From a bacterium (GTDB taxonomy: Bacteria; J088; JAWLBW01), in assembly GCA_041690355.1 (NCBI GenBank), contig JAWLHK010000002.1:283082-347081 (forward strand): DNA of 64,000 nt, read 5' to 3'. Of the stretch, positions 27,727-38,231 are shown one piece after another. A program made the translations under genes and the position numbers. Numbering within the stretch: position 1 is the stretch's first letter; the number at the start of each line of letters is the position of its first letter. The notes below the pieces were generated by a model. It searched no databases, was not told the origin of the DNA, and was given only the letters and a program-made list of their open reading frames with translations.

Positions 27727-30306
27727 TTATTCGTACTCGAGCGCCGAGATGATGTTCGTCTTCGCGGCCTTCCACCCCGGATAGATGCTGGCCAGCACCG
27801 AGACGACGAAGGCGAGCAGAAAGCCGCCGACGACGCTCTCGAGGGGGAACACGAACGGGGTCGTCCAGCCGATGACCTCGCGCAGCATGATCTTCGTGAT
27901 GATGGCCGTGAAGCCGACCCCCGCCAGCACACCGAAGCTTCCCGCCAGAATCCCCATGACCCCCGCCTCGTTCATGACCAGCTTCTGCAGCTGCCGGCGG
28001 GTGAAGCCGATGGCGCGCAGCATCCCCAGCTCGCGGGTGCGGTCGAGCACCGAGACCATGAGCGTGTTGATGATGCCGATGACGGCGATGATGATGGCGA
28101 TGATGTACATGACATCGGTGATGCGGAACGCCTGCTGGACGGCAGTCTGCACCTCGGTCTTGTACTCGGAGTTCGTCTGCAGCACGAGCCGGTAGTTTTT
28201 CCCGAACTTGGCCGTGATCGCATCCCGCACGGCGGCGATGTTGGCCCCCGGCTTGAGGAAGACGTCATAGCTGTCGACGCCGTTGTCCTGGAAGTACTTC
28301 TTGAAGGTCGACCGGTCCATGCCGATGACTCCCTGGTCGCTCATGTAATCCACGCGCACTCCCGCAATCGAGAAGTCGTGCGCTCCGGTGGGGGTCTTGA
28401 GGGAGACCTTGTCGCCGGCATGCAGATTGAACCGGTTCATGAAGTTCTCCGACACGTAGACTGAGTCGTTGCCGGTCACCGCGTCGTAGACCTTCTCCGC
28501 TTCGCCCTCGATCCAGATGCCCGGGCTGTACTTACGGTATTCGGGCATCTGCACGCTGTAGAGCACGATGCCCGTGCCGCCGTAGCTCTGGTTGATCATG
28601 CGGAAGCGGTTGACGTCGGCGACCCCGTCTACCTCGCGCAGAATGTCGTCGCCCAGGGTCTCGGGCATGTCGACGGCGTCGGGGCCGGGCAGGGCCGACG
28701 AGCTGCGGATGACCAGGTCGGCCGTGACCGACTGCTCGAGCCATTCGAGCACCGAGCTCTGAAAGCTGAGCATCGTACCCTTGACCGCGACGGCCAGCGA
28801 AATGCCAATCATGAGCGCGCTCACGGTCACGCTCGTGCGGCCGGGCGTACGCGTGAGGTTGTCGGCACCCAGCTTACCCTCGACGCTGAAGAGCTTGCGC
28901 AGAACCGGGCTGAAGAGGTCGCCGGCCACCACGATGAGAATCGGGGCGAGCAGCGTGAGGGCGAGAAAGCCGAGCATGCTCGATGCCGAACCGACGAAGG
29001 GATTATCGAGGAACTTCTGGGCGTACAGGCCTGCGAACTGCAGGCCGAACAGGGCGATGCCCATGTAGAAGTACTTCATGTACGCCTTGCGCTGGGTCGC
29101 CTCCATGGCCACGGGGCGCATGGCCTCGAGCGGCGACACCGTCGCGGCCTGGCGGGCCGGCGCGATGGCCGAAAGCACCGAGGTGCCGACGCCGAGCGCG
29201 ATGACGATGCCGATATGCAGCGGCGACATGGCGATCTGGTCGATGTTGATCTTGAAGTAAGCCGTGCTGATCGTCTGCGCAACGATGGACGTCAACTCGC
29301 GCGCCAGCAGAAAGCCCGAGAAGCTGCCGATGGTTGCCCCGATGAGGCCGAGCACGCCCGCCTCGACGATGAAGATGCCGCGGATCTGGGCCGCCGTCAC
29401 ACCGAGGGCGCGCATGATGCCGATCTCGCGGCGGCGCTGGGCGACGGCCATCGAGAAGGTGTTGTAGATGAGAAACATGCCGACGAAGAGCGACAGGGCG
29501 CTCATGATCGTGAGGATCTGCTGAAAGCTCTTGAGCATGTTCTCGACCTGCCCCGAGCGCGCGCCCGGATAGCCGATCTCGTACCCTTCGCCCAGCGTCT
29601 CGCGCAGACGCGAGACCACGGCCTCACGCTCTTCGGCGCCGGCGTTCGGGGCCAGGATGATGTCGATCTGATCGAGGCGCCCTTCGCGCTCGAGCACGGT
29701 CATGGCGCTGTAGACGTCCATGATCAGCAGGTTGCCGCCGAAGACCTTCGCGGCCCCTTTTTCTTCGAGAATCGCGCGCACGGTCAGCGTCTTGAGCCCC
29801 GCGCCGGTCACCAGGTTGATCGTGTCGTCCTTCTTGATGCCGTACCGGTTCGCGAGAACGTTGGTCATCAGCACGCTGTCGGGGCTGTTGAGAAACTGCA
29901 GGGCGTCGATTTCTTCGCCCTTGTGCTCGTCATCCTCAGCCGTGAAGGTGCGAAAGTCCTTGTCGGCGAAGGTGTCGACGCCGAGCAGAATGATCGTGTC
30001 TTCGGGGTTCGACTCGAGAAAGGCGCTCGTGCGGATGATCGGCGTGGCCTTGGCAACCCCTTCGACCTGGGTCACCTGCTCGTAGACGGCCTCTTCGAAG
30101 CCGCTGCGGCCGCGGCTGATCTCAATCTGCGCCCGCCCGGCGACGTTGTTGATCATCTGGCGGAAAGAGGTGAGCGTGGCGTCGTTGACGAGCATGATGC
30201 CCACGAAGACGGTGATGCCCAGGGCGATGCCGACGACGGTCAGCCCGGTGCGCAGCAGGTGAAGCGTGAAGTGGCGCAGGCTGACGTTGCGAAGGAAAAA
30301 GAGCAT
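27727..30306 (-). CDS. ABC transporter permease, FtsX-like (MacB/LolCE type)
   Basis: 859 aa with two FtsX-like TM bundles and large periplasmic domains. Confidence 0.9.
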   Translation of the reverse strand: MLFFLRNVSLRHFTLHLLRTGLTVVGIALGITVFVGIMLVNDATLTSFRQMINNVAGRAQIEISRGRSGFEEAVYEQVTQVEGVAKATPIIRTSAFLESNPEDTIILLGVDTFADKDFRTFTAEDDEHKGEEIDALQFLNSPDSVLMTNVLANRYGIKKDDTINLVTGAGLKTLTVRAILEEKGAAKVFGGNLLIMDVYSAMTVLEREGRLDQIDIILAPNAGAEEREAVVSRLRETLGEGYEIGYPGARSGQVENMLKSFQQILTIMSALSLFVGMFLIYNTFSMAVAQRRREIGIMRALGVTAAQIRGIFIVEAGVLGLIGATIGSFSGFLLARELTSIVAQTISTAYFKINIDQIAMSPLHIGIVIALGVGTSVLSAIAPARQAATVSPLEAMRPVAMEATQRKAYMKYFYMGIALFGLQFAGLYAQKFLDNPFVGSASSMLGFLALTLLAPILIVVAGDLFSPVLRKLFSVEGKLGADNLTRTPGRTSVTVSALMIGISLAVAVKGTMLSFQSSVLEWLEQSVTADLVIRSSSALPGPDAVDMPETLGDDILREVDGVADVNRFRMINQSYGGTGIVLYSVQMPEYRKYSPGIWIEGEAEKVYDAVTGNDSVYVSENFMNRFNLHAGDKVSLKTPTGAHDFSIAGVRVDYMSDQGVIGMDRSTFKKYFQDNGVDSYDVFLKPGANIAAVRDAITAKFGKNYRLVLQTNSEYKTEVQTAVQQAFRITDVMYIIAIIIAVIGIINTLMVSVLDRTRELGMLRAIGFTRRQLQKLVMNEAGVMGILAGSFGVLAGVGFTAIITKIMLREVIGWTTPFVFPLESVVGGFLLAFVVSVLASIYPGWKAAKTNIISALEYE

Positions 30307-30376
30307 GGTGCTCCTCGAACGGCTGAAAGGATGAAAGAAAGGGGAACGGCGGCCGCGAACCGGGCGGGACCCGAGC

Positions 30377-31090
30377 TCAGGCCGGCTCGAATTCCTTGCG
30401 CGAAGCTTCGCGGATCTCTTCGATGAGGCCGTCCTTCACGATGACGATGCGGTCGCCCGCCTCGGCCACCTTCGGGTCGTGGGTGACGAGCACGATGGTC
30501 TGCTTGAACTCCTCGACCGTGCGGCGCAGCAGGCGCAGGATTTCGGCCCCCGTCTTCGAGTCCAGATTGCCCGTCGGCTCGTCGGCGAGCAGCAGGGCCG
30601 GGTTGTTGGCGAGGGCGCGGGCGATGGCGACGCGCTGCTGCTGTCCGCCCGAGAGTTCTTCGGGCTTGTGGCCGAGCCGGTGCTCGAGCCCGACGAGGGC
30701 GACCAGCTCCTTCACGCGCCGGTCGATGGTGGCCTTATCGACTTTTTCGAGCACGAGCGGGAGCGAGATGTTCTCTTCGACCGTCATCGTCGGCAGCAGG
30801 TTGAAGAACTGGAAGACGAAGCCGAGGCGGCGGCGGCGCAGCAGCGTCAGCTTCTGATCGCCCATTTCCTGGGTGCCCTGGCCCTCGATGACCACCTTGC
30901 CGCTCGTCGGAATGTCGAGCCCGCCGAGCAGGTGCAGCAGCGTGCTCTTTCCCGATCCGCTCGGGCCCATGATCGAGACGATCTCGCCCTTGTGGGCCTG
31001 GAGACTGACCCCCTTGAGAGCCTGCACGGCCTTGGCGCCGGTGCCGTAGGTCTTGGTCACGTTCTGGACATCAATCATTACATCGCTCAT
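30377..31090 (-). CDS. ABC transporter ATP-binding protein
   Basis: 237 aa from MSDVMIDVQN; Walker A GPSGSGKST, ABC signature LSGGQQQRV, Walker B LLLADEPT. Confidence 0.9.
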   Translation of the reverse strand: MSDVMIDVQNVTKTYGTGAKAVQALKGVSLQAHKGEIVSIMGPSGSGKSTLLHLLGGLDIPTSGKVVIEGQGTQEMGDQKLTLLRRRRLGFVFQFFNLLPTMTVEENISLPLVLEKVDKATIDRRVKELVALVGLEHRLGHKPEELSGGQQQRVAIARALANNPALLLADEPTGNLDSKTGAEILRLLRRTVEEFKQTIVLVTHDPKVAEAGDRIVIVKDGLIEEIREASRKEFEPA

Positions 31091-31350
31091 GAGCCTGCCC
31101 TTTGCGGAAAGTTGGCGGAAATCCGGAAGGGCCATTATACATGGATACCCGCCCTTAATCAACCGTGCGTTTAATTGGCGGTACGCTCCAATTCAAACAA
31201 GGTTTTCACGGAGGGGAGCTGCTGTCGGGCCGCTGGGGGGAGGCCCGTGGGGGACGAGGCATCCGCGTATCGTTAAAACGCTGTTTTGAGCCATTTTCCG
31301 CATTGACGCCGCCCAGGGGTTCCGGGTAGGGTTTGACAGGAGTTTCTACC

Positions 31351-33078
31351 ATGTCCCGTTTTTCCCTTCGGTTCCTCGCCGCGGCCGCTCTCTTAAGCGG
31401 ATGCGCTTCACAGACCTCTGTCGCCCGCCTCCGGGCCCTCCCGCCCCGCGAGAGCATCGCGGAGCACTGCCGCGAGCAGATCGGCGCGCCCCGTATCGAA
31501 CGCGTCGGCGAGCGCATCTACGCGGCGCTTGGCTACGATCTGGCCAACACGATCCTCATCCGCACCGACGACGGCAACGTCATCGTCGATCCCGGCATGA
31601 GCCCGGCCCGGGCCGCGCGCGTCCGCGAAGATCTGCTGGCCGCGGCGCCGGGACCCGTGCGCGCCGTCGTCTACACGCACAGCCATATCGATCACATCGG
31701 CGGTGCCAGCGTGTGGGTCGAGGAGGGGACCGAGATCTGGGCGACCGACGCCTTTCTGCCGCACATGCTGAAGCAGTACGGCCGGTTTCAGCGCGCCGAG
31801 GCCATGCGCGGGCAGGGGCAGTTCGGCCGTCACGTTCCCCTCGAAGCGCTCCCGTGCTCGGCCATCGGGCGGCGGGTCGACATCGACGCCGCTCTCGAGT
31901 CGGGGGTACGCGTGCCGACCCGCACCTTCTCGGGGCAGGCGTCGTTCACGATCGGCGGCGTTCGCTTCGAGCTTCGCGAGGCGCACGGCGAGACGCACGA
32001 TCAGCTCTTCGTCTGGCTTCCGGGCGAGCGGATCCTGCTGCCCGGCGACAACTTCTATCACGCTTTTCCGAACCTCTACACGATTCGCGGCACCAGCGCA
32101 CGGCCCGTCGACGTGTGGATCGAAAGCCTCGACGCCATGCGCCGCCTCGCGCCCATGGCCCTGGTACCCTCGCACACGCGGCCGGTGGTCGGCGGTGACT
32201 TGGTGGCCGGGGCGCTTCGCGATTACCGTGACGGCATCCAGTGGCTGCGCGACGACGTCGTGCGCCGGGCCAACGCGGGGATGACCGTCGAGGAGATCGT
32301 TTCTTCGGTCGGCCTTCCCCCGCATCTTGCGCAACGCCCCTTTCTCCAGGAACTCTACGGGCAGGTCGACTGGTCGGCGCGCGCCATCTACGACAACGAA
32401 CTCGGCTGGTTCGACGGCGACCCGCTGGCGCTTTATCCGCTCGCGGCCACGGAGACGGCGCGGCGCACGGTGCAGCTCATGGGCGGGAGCGAGAAGGTGC
32501 TCGCCGCTGCCCGCGAAGCGCGCGCGCAGGGAGATCCGCGTTGGGCGGCTCACCTGCTCGGCCTGCTGCGCGACGCCCGCGCAGGCGATCCCGAGATCGT
32601 CCGCGAAGAGCTCGCGCGGAGCCTCGAGGCCGTGGCCGCCGGCGTGGGCAATACGAACGGGCGCGCCTATCTGTTGGAATCGTCGGTCGCGCTCACGGAA
32701 ACCAGGAGACCGCTCCCGCGTGTGCAGCTCGATGATGCGCTGCTGGAGGGAATTCCCGTCAAGGTATTCATGACGCTCATGAGCGGCCGCCTGATCCCCG
32801 AACGGTCGGCGGCCGTCCACGAATCGGTCGTGTTCCGCTTCGGCGAGCAGCAGTTCGTGCTTACCATCCGTCGCGGCGTGGCTGAGCTGGTGGAAGGGGA
32901 ACCCCTCCCCGGCACCCCCGAGCCGCTGGCGGTCGTGCATACCGATCCGTTGACGTGGAAGCGGCTGGCGCTGCAGATCGACAGCCCGGCCGCGGCCCTG
33001 CTGTCGGGGCGGCTGCGCATCGAGGGGAGCCAGACGGGCTTTCTGGCCTTCACGAACCGCTTCGACCGCGAACTCTGA
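31351..33078 (+). CDS. metallo-beta-lactamase-fold alkyl/aryl sulfatase-like lipoprotein
   Basis: Lipobox LLSGC; MBL motif THSHIDHIGG; C-terminal SCP2-like region; aggag RBS before ATG 31351. Confidence 0.8.
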   Translation: MSRFSLRFLAAAALLSGCASQTSVARLRALPPRESIAEHCREQIGAPRIERVGERIYAALGYDLANTILIRTDDGNVIVDPGMSPARAARVREDLLAAAPGPVRAVVYTHSHIDHIGGASVWVEEGTEIWATDAFLPHMLKQYGRFQRAEAMRGQGQFGRHVPLEALPCSAIGRRVDIDAALESGVRVPTRTFSGQASFTIGGVRFELREAHGETHDQLFVWLPGERILLPGDNFYHAFPNLYTIRGTSARPVDVWIESLDAMRRLAPMALVPSHTRPVVGGDLVAGALRDYRDGIQWLRDDVVRRANAGMTVEEIVSSVGLPPHLAQRPFLQELYGQVDWSARAIYDNELGWFDGDPLALYPLAATETARRTVQLMGGSEKVLAAAREARAQGDPRWAAHLLGLLRDARAGDPEIVREELARSLEAVAAGVGNTNGRAYLLESSVALTETRRPLPRVQLDDALLEGIPVKVFMTLMSGRLIPERSAAVHESVVFRFGEQQFVLTIRRGVAELVEGEPLPGTPEPLAVVHTDPLTWKRLALQIDSPAAALLSGRLRIEGSQTGFLAFTNRFDREL

Positions 33079-33081
33079 AAA

Positions 33082-33332
33082 CAGTCTTCAGGCGTCAGTC
33101 TCCGGTCCTCAGTCGGAATTCGTCACTCGACACTCGATACCCGTCACTGAGTATTCGTCACTCGTCACTCGTCACTCACACAAAGCGCCAAGCGCTGAGC
33201 ACCGAGTGCTGACGAGGCAAGGGCGAAGTGTTTCAAGGTTCTTGCCGGAAACGCGTCACTCGTCACTCGTAACTGAACAAGGTTCTTGCCGCTCAATCGT
33301 CAATCGTCAATCGTAAATCGTCAATCGACGAG
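33082..33332. repeat. largest mosaic intergenic element (CAGTCTT-family 33082-33114, TCACTCG array 33117-33180, AGCGC module 33184-33217, caaggttcttgcc 33234-33246 and 33278-33290, TCACTCG 33251-33275, AATCGTC array 33293-33332)
   Basis: All module types in one spacer, beginning 4 bp after the sulfatase stop and ending next to a TATAAT box upstream of rseP. Confidence 0.8.
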
Positions 33333-33357
33333 TGGGGCGTAGTATAATGAGCGAATC

Positions 33358-34692
33358 ATGGGAATTCTGACATTCATCCTCGTGCTGGGGATTCTGATCT
33401 TCGTTCACGAGTTCGGCCACTTCTATTTCGCGAAACGCGCGGGCGTCGGCGTCGAACGTTTCTCCATCGGCTTCGGCCCCAAACTTTTCGGCTTCACGCG
33501 GGGCGAAACGGAGTACCGCGTCGCCGCCATTCCGCTCGGCGGCTACGTGAAGATGGTCGGCGACAATCCCGACGAGGCCCGGCAGGGGACCGAGAAGGAA
33601 TTTCTGAGCCGCCCCGTGCGCGACCGGCTGCCCATCGTGCTGGCGGGCCCCATCGTGAACCTGGCGCTCGCGTTCGTGCTCATGCCGCTGGTCTACCTGC
33701 TCGGCGTGCAGGTACCCGCCTTCGTTCAGGAAAAGCCGGTCATCGGGTATGTCGAGCCGGGGAGCCCGGCCGAGCGCGCCGGCCTGCAGACGGGGGACGA
33801 AATCGTCGCCATCAACGGCAAGCCGATGCCCGCCTGGGAAGACGTGCTCGCCTCGACCATGGCCGAGCCCGGCAAGACGATTCAGGTGCGGCTGACCCGC
33901 GGCGGCTCCAGCCTGCAGGTTCCCGTGCATCTCGAAACCGCCGAGAGCGGGGCCGCGGCCTTCGGCGTGCAGCCCCCGGCCGTGCCCGTCGTCGGGCAGG
34001 TCAATCCCGGATCTCCCGCCGCCCTGGCCGGCCTGCAGCCGGGCGACCGGATCACCAGCCTGAACGGGGTGCCGGTCGACCACTGGGTGGCCATGGCCGA
34101 ACGCATCCAGTCGCTGGGGACGCAGCCGATTGAAGTCGGCTTCGCGCGCGACGGGGGCGAGCAGCGCGTCATGCTCACCCCCGAGCGCATGGCCGACGCC
34201 GACCGGGTCATCATCGGCATCCAGCGCAGCGAAGACCTGGTCGAGGTGCAATACGGCTTCGTCGACGCTGTGCGCGAAGGTTCGCGCCGCGTCGTACAGA
34301 TGACGACCCAGACCTTCGACATCCTGGGCAAGCTGCTGACCGGACAGCTGGGGGTGAAGACCCTGGGCGGCCCGATCCGCATCGCGCAGGTGACGTCGGC
34401 GGCGGCCGAAAGCGGCCTCTCCGACGTGCTGTCGCTGATGGCGTTTCTCTCGTTGCAGCTCGGCATTCTGAACCTGCTGCCGTTTCCGGTGCTCGACGGC
34501 GGGCACGTGCTCTTCATGAGCATCGAGGCCATCCGCCGCCGTCCGCTGTCGCGGCGCGCGCTCGAAATTTCGACGCAGGTCGGCTTCGTGCTGCTGCTCG
34601 TGCTCATGGTCGTCGTGACCAAGAACGACATCATGCACGCCTGGGGTCCGCAGATCGAGCGCATGTTCGACACGGTCCGTAATCTGTTCTGA
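33358..34692 (+). CDS. rseP: RIP metalloprotease RseP (site-2 protease)
   Basis: 444 aa; HEFGH zinc motif in TM1, PDZ region, C-terminal TM helices. Confidence 0.9.
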   Translation: MGILTFILVLGILIFVHEFGHFYFAKRAGVGVERFSIGFGPKLFGFTRGETEYRVAAIPLGGYVKMVGDNPDEARQGTEKEFLSRPVRDRLPIVLAGPIVNLALAFVLMPLVYLLGVQVPAFVQEKPVIGYVEPGSPAERAGLQTGDEIVAINGKPMPAWEDVLASTMAEPGKTIQVRLTRGGSSLQVPVHLETAESGAAAFGVQPPAVPVVGQVNPGSPAALAGLQPGDRITSLNGVPVDHWVAMAERIQSLGTQPIEVGFARDGGEQRVMLTPERMADADRVIIGIQRSEDLVEVQYGFVDAVREGSRRVVQMTTQTFDILGKLLTGQLGVKTLGGPIRIAQVTSAAAESGLSDVLSLMAFLSLQLGILNLLPFPVLDGGHVLFMSIEAIRRRPLSRRALEISTQVGFVLLLVLMVVVTKNDIMHAWGPQIERMFDTVRNLF

Positions 34693-34694
34693 CC

Positions 34695-35387
34695 GTGTTT
34701 CTGCTGGCCATCGATACCAGCTCGCCCGCCTTCTCCTGCGCGCTGCTCGAAGACGGGGCCGAGCGCGCCGCGCTGCACGTGCGCGGGCGAATGGCGGCCG
34801 AGGTCGACCAGTTGCTGACCCTCGATCGCATGCTGCAGTCGGCCGGCGTCGCCATTGCCGAGGTCGACGCCTTTGCGTGCACCATCGGGCCGGGAAGCTT
34901 CACCGGACTTCGGGTGGGTCTTTCGCTCCTCAAGGGGCTTGCGCTGCCGGGGGCGCGGCCGGTGTTCGGCATCTCGACACTCGAGGCGCTGGCGGCGGCG
35001 GTCGGTTACCCCCCGGGCCCGGTCGTCGCCTGCCTCGATGCCCGGCGCCATGAGGTCTACGCCGCTGCCTGGTCAGACGGGGGCGTCGTGGTGCCCGAGG
35101 GGGTGTATGCGGTCGAAGCGCTGCGGGAACGCGTCCGCGGCCTGGGGGGTGAGCCGCTCTGGGTTGGCGGCGGCGCCCGCGTCTGCGGCGAAGCGCTGGG
35201 GCTTGCGCCCGGTCGCCTGGCCCCGGAGTGGTTCGACGCCCCGCGCGCCGAGATCGTCGCCCGCCTCGCCTGGCACGCCTGGGAACGGGGCGAGCGGCCG
35301 GCCCCCGACCTCCTCGTCCCCAACTACCTGCGGGCTTCGGAAGCGGAACGGAAAAGGCGTCCGGCTGGCGACGGGACCGGCTCGTAA
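34695..35387 (+). CDS. tsaB: tRNA threonylcarbamoyladenosine biosynthesis protein TsaB
   Basis: 230 aa; LAIDTSS start and GPGSFTGLRVG motif; GTG start. Confidence 0.85.
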   Translation: MFLLAIDTSSPAFSCALLEDGAERAALHVRGRMAAEVDQLLTLDRMLQSAGVAIAEVDAFACTIGPGSFTGLRVGLSLLKGLALPGARPVFGISTLEALAAAVGYPPGPVVACLDARRHEVYAAAWSDGGVVVPEGVYAVEALRERVRGLGGEPLWVGGGARVCGEALGLAPGRLAPEWFDAPRAEIVARLAWHAWERGERPAPDLLVPNYLRASEAERKRRPAGDGTGS

Positions 35388-35618
35388 CAGGTCCCTTTCT
35401 ACGGGCAGGAGCTGAGCGGACAAAAAACTGTCCTTGCGGTCAATATTTTAGCCGTTTCACTTCGATACAGGGGGGCGGCTTGCCCCTTGCCCCCCGGAGC
35501 CCTCGCCTGGCGGCCAAAAAGTTGCCCGGTTGCGAATCGGACTCTCCTCTGGAAAAGCGTTGGTACGGGCCTTGCTTGAGCATGGTGCCGTTTCCTCTTT
35601 TTCCCGCTTGGAGTTTCG

Positions 35619-35876
35619 ATGCCTTCGGCCAACGTCATCCCGTTTCCGTCCCGCGAGAAGCTTTCCTGCCCGCGCGAAGACTACTTGATTCGACACGAAG
35701 AAAAAACCGATCTGCTTCGCGATGGCGTGCGGCGGGTCGTGAGCATCCGCAAGACGTTCTTTGACGGGCGCGAACGGGTCGAGCTGGAGTTCGAAACCGA
35801 GTACCAGCGCGATGCCGAGCTCGACGAGTTTCTTGCCCGTGTCGACGACGCGGTGCAGGCCTACTTCTGCTCCTGA
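35619..35876 (+). CDS. hypothetical small protein
   Basis: 85 aa ORF with no recognised motif; followed by a strong terminator. Confidence 0.35.
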   Translation: MPSANVIPFPSREKLSCPREDYLIRHEEKTDLLRDGVRRVVSIRKTFFDGRERVELEFETEYQRDAELDEFLARVDDAVQAYFCS

Positions 35877-35897
35877 GGCAGAGCGCTGACTTTCTGA

Positions 35898-35942
35898 ACG
35901 GGTGGCCGGGAACAGTTCCTGTTTCCGACCACCGTTTTTTTT
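35898..35942 (+). terminator. intrinsic terminator
   Basis: Imperfect long hairpin (cgggtgg...ccaccg) followed by T8. Confidence 0.6.
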
Positions 35943-36136
35943 GCCCGTCGCGGGGCGGCTATGTTACAATTCTCACTCGTCTAGGCACGCGAAATTCCTA
36001 CAGGTTTCCGCTTTCGGCGTGCCGCCCGTTTTGCCCGGAGGTCGGACTTGCCCTTGAAATCCGCCAGCAGCTGCAGCCTATCGGCTTGCCCGGGCGTCGT
36101 CACGCGTCGGGTCTCCCTGCCGGAGGAATGCTGACG

Positions 36137-36625
36137 ATGCGCATTCTGGGCCTGGATCCGGGTTCGCATTTCACCGGTTACGGCGTGCTCGATTGGGCGG
36201 GGAGCCGGGCGACGCATGTCGACAACGGCGTCATCGCGCTGGCCGATGGGCCGCTTCCGTCGCGCCTGAGCGAACTTTCGACACGCCTGAACGAAGTCAT
36301 CGACGCGCACGCGCCCGACGTGGCCGCCGTCGAGTCGGTGTTCGCGCACCGCAATTTTCAATCCGCCTTCATTCTCGCCCAGGCCCGCGGTGCGCTCCTG
36401 GCCGTGCTCGGCCTGCGCCGCGTGCCGGTTTTCGAGTACGCGCCCGCCGACATCAAGAAGACCCTGACCGGCAACGGCCGCGCCGAGAAACCGCAGATGC
36501 AGCGCATCGTGCGCATGCTGCTCAAGCTGCCCGAGGATGCCGCCGCCGACGCCTCGGATGCGCTCGCGGCCGCCTTCTGCCACGTGCGCATGGCGCGCAC
36601 CCACGCCGTTCTGGGGGGGCGCTGA
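36137..36625 (+). CDS. ruvC: crossover junction endodeoxyribonuclease RuvC
   Basis: MRILGLDPGSHFTGYGVL start typical of RuvC; start at internal Met. Confidence 0.9.
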   Translation: MRILGLDPGSHFTGYGVLDWAGSRATHVDNGVIALADGPLPSRLSELSTRLNEVIDAHAPDVAAVESVFAHRNFQSAFILAQARGALLAVLGLRRVPVFEYAPADIKKTLTGNGRAEKPQMQRIVRMLLKLPEDAAADASDALAAAFCHVRMARTHAVLGGR

Positions 36626-37209
36626 TGATCGCGCGGCTGCGGGGACGCATTTGGGAAAAAGGGTCCGGCGCGCTTGTACTCGACGTCAATGGCGTCGGTT
36701 ACGAGGTGCACGTCACGTCGACGACCCTGGCGACGGTGGGTCCCGAGGGCCAGACGGCCGACCTCAACATTTCGACGCAGGTACGCGAAGACAGCATTAC
36801 GCTCTACGGTTTCGTGCGCCCTGAAGAACGCATGCTTTTCGAGATGCTCATCGGCGTGAGCGGCATCGGGCCCACGAAGGCCATCGGCGCGCTCTCGGCG
36901 ACGACGCCGTCTGATCTGGCCGTGGCCCTCGCCGGCGGCGATCTGGTGCGCCTGTCGCGCCTGCCCGGCATCGGCAAGAAGACGGCCGAGAGGCTCGTGG
37001 TCGAGCTGCGCGACAAGATCGACGCCCTGCGCGCCACCCTGGGCGCGACGGCGGGCGTACCCGGCGGGGCGCGCGGCGACGCGCTGGCGGCCCTGCTCAC
37101 GCTGGGTTACACCCGGCAGCAGGCCGAAGCGGCACTCGACGGCGTCGGCGACGGAAACGTTCAGGATCTCATCAAGACGGCCCTGCAGAGACTGAGCACG
37201 CGATCATGA
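36625..37209 (+). CDS. ruvA: Holliday junction branch migration protein RuvA
   Basis: MIARLRGRI... OB domain, HhH motifs ([19 protein letters not shown]); ATG overlaps the ruvC stop. Confidence 0.9.
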   Translation: MIARLRGRIWEKGSGALVLDVNGVGYEVHVTSTTLATVGPEGQTADLNISTQVREDSITLYGFVRPEERMLFEMLIGVSGIGPTKAIGALSATTPSDLAVALAGGDLVRLSRLPGIGKKTAERLVVELRDKIDALRATLGATAGVPGGARGDALAALLTLGYTRQQAEAALDGVGDGNVQDLIKTALQRLSTRS

Positions 37210-38231
37210 GCAGCCCGCAGGCCAACGACGTCCGTCCCGAGGGTGATGCCCTCGATACCGCATGGGAAGAACCGCTGCGTCCGGTTCGCCTTGACGACTA
37301 CATCGGCCAGGCCGAAATGAAGGCCAACCTGAAAGTCGGCATCCAGGCGGCGCGCCAGCGTGGCGAACCCCTGGGGCACGCGCTGTTCTTCGGCCCGCCG
37401 GGGCTGGGTAAGACGACGCTCGCGCACATCATCGCCACCGAGATGGGGGGAGGCCTGCGCTCGACCGCGGGCCCCGTGCTGTTGCGCCAGGGAGATCTGG
37501 CGGGCATCCTGACATCGCTCGAAGCCAACGACATTCTCTTCATCGACGAGATTCACCGCCTGCCGCGGGCCGTCGAAGAAATCCTCTACTCGGCCATGGA
37601 GGACTTCAAGCTCGACATCCTGCTCGGCGCGGGGCCTGGCGCCCAGAGCGTGAAGATTGACCTGCCCCGCTTCACCCTCGTCGGCGCCACGACCCGCGCG
37701 GGCTCGCTTTCGACGCCGCTGTACGACCGCTTCACCTTTCACGAACACCTGAATTTCTACACGCCGGTCGACCTGCAGCAGATCATCGAACGGGCGGCCC
37801 GGCTCAATCGCATTCCCATCGAACCCGAAGGGAGCCTGGCGCTCGCGGGCCGTTCGCGGGGCACCCCGCGCATCGCGCTGCGCCTGCTCAGCCGGGTGCG
37901 CGACTTTGCAGAAGTGGGCGACGGTGTGATAGATGGTAAGACGGCCTGCGAGGCTCTCGATCGGCTGCACGTCGACGAGGCAGGGCTGAATATGATGGAC
38001 CAGAAGATTCTCCTGACGATACTCGAGAAGTTCAGCGGGGGACCGGTGGGGCTTGAAACGCTGTCGGCGGCCGTGGGCGAAGAAAAAGAGACCATCGAGT
38101 TCACCATCGAACCGTACCTGCTGCAGCAGGGCTTTCTTGCGCGTACGCCGCGCGGCCGCGTGCTGACGGAGCATGCCTACCGTCATTTCGGACGGAGCAT
38201 TCCTTCGTCGCAGAGGAAACTTTTCCCGTGA
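37206..38231 (+). CDS. ruvB: Holliday junction branch migration ATPase RuvB
   Basis: Walker [10 protein letters not shown], Walker B FIDEIHR, full RuvB length. Confidence 0.95.
   Translation: MSSPQANDVRPEGDALDTAWEEPLRPVRLDDYIGQAEMKANLKVGIQAARQRGEPLGHALFFGPPGLGKTTLAHIIATEMGGGLRSTAGPVLLRQGDLAGILTSLEANDILFIDEIHRLPRAVEEILYSAMEDFKLDILLGAGPGAQSVKIDLPRFTLVGATTRAGSLSTPLYDRFTFHEHLNFYTPVDLQQIIERAARLNRIPIEPEGSLALAGRSRGTPRIALRLLSRVRDFAEVGDGVIDGKTACEALDRLHVDEAGLNMMDQKILLTILEKFSGGPVGLETLSAAVGEEKETIEFTIEPYLLQQGFLARTPRGRVLTEHAYRHFGRSIPSSQRKLFP

Noticed and set aside
35388-35618. Possible ncRNA or riboswitch in the 231-bp spacer after tsaB
   Set aside because: Only a G/C-rich hairpin (ggggggcggcttgccccttgcccccc) was seen, with no motif of a known RNA family; left unannotated.
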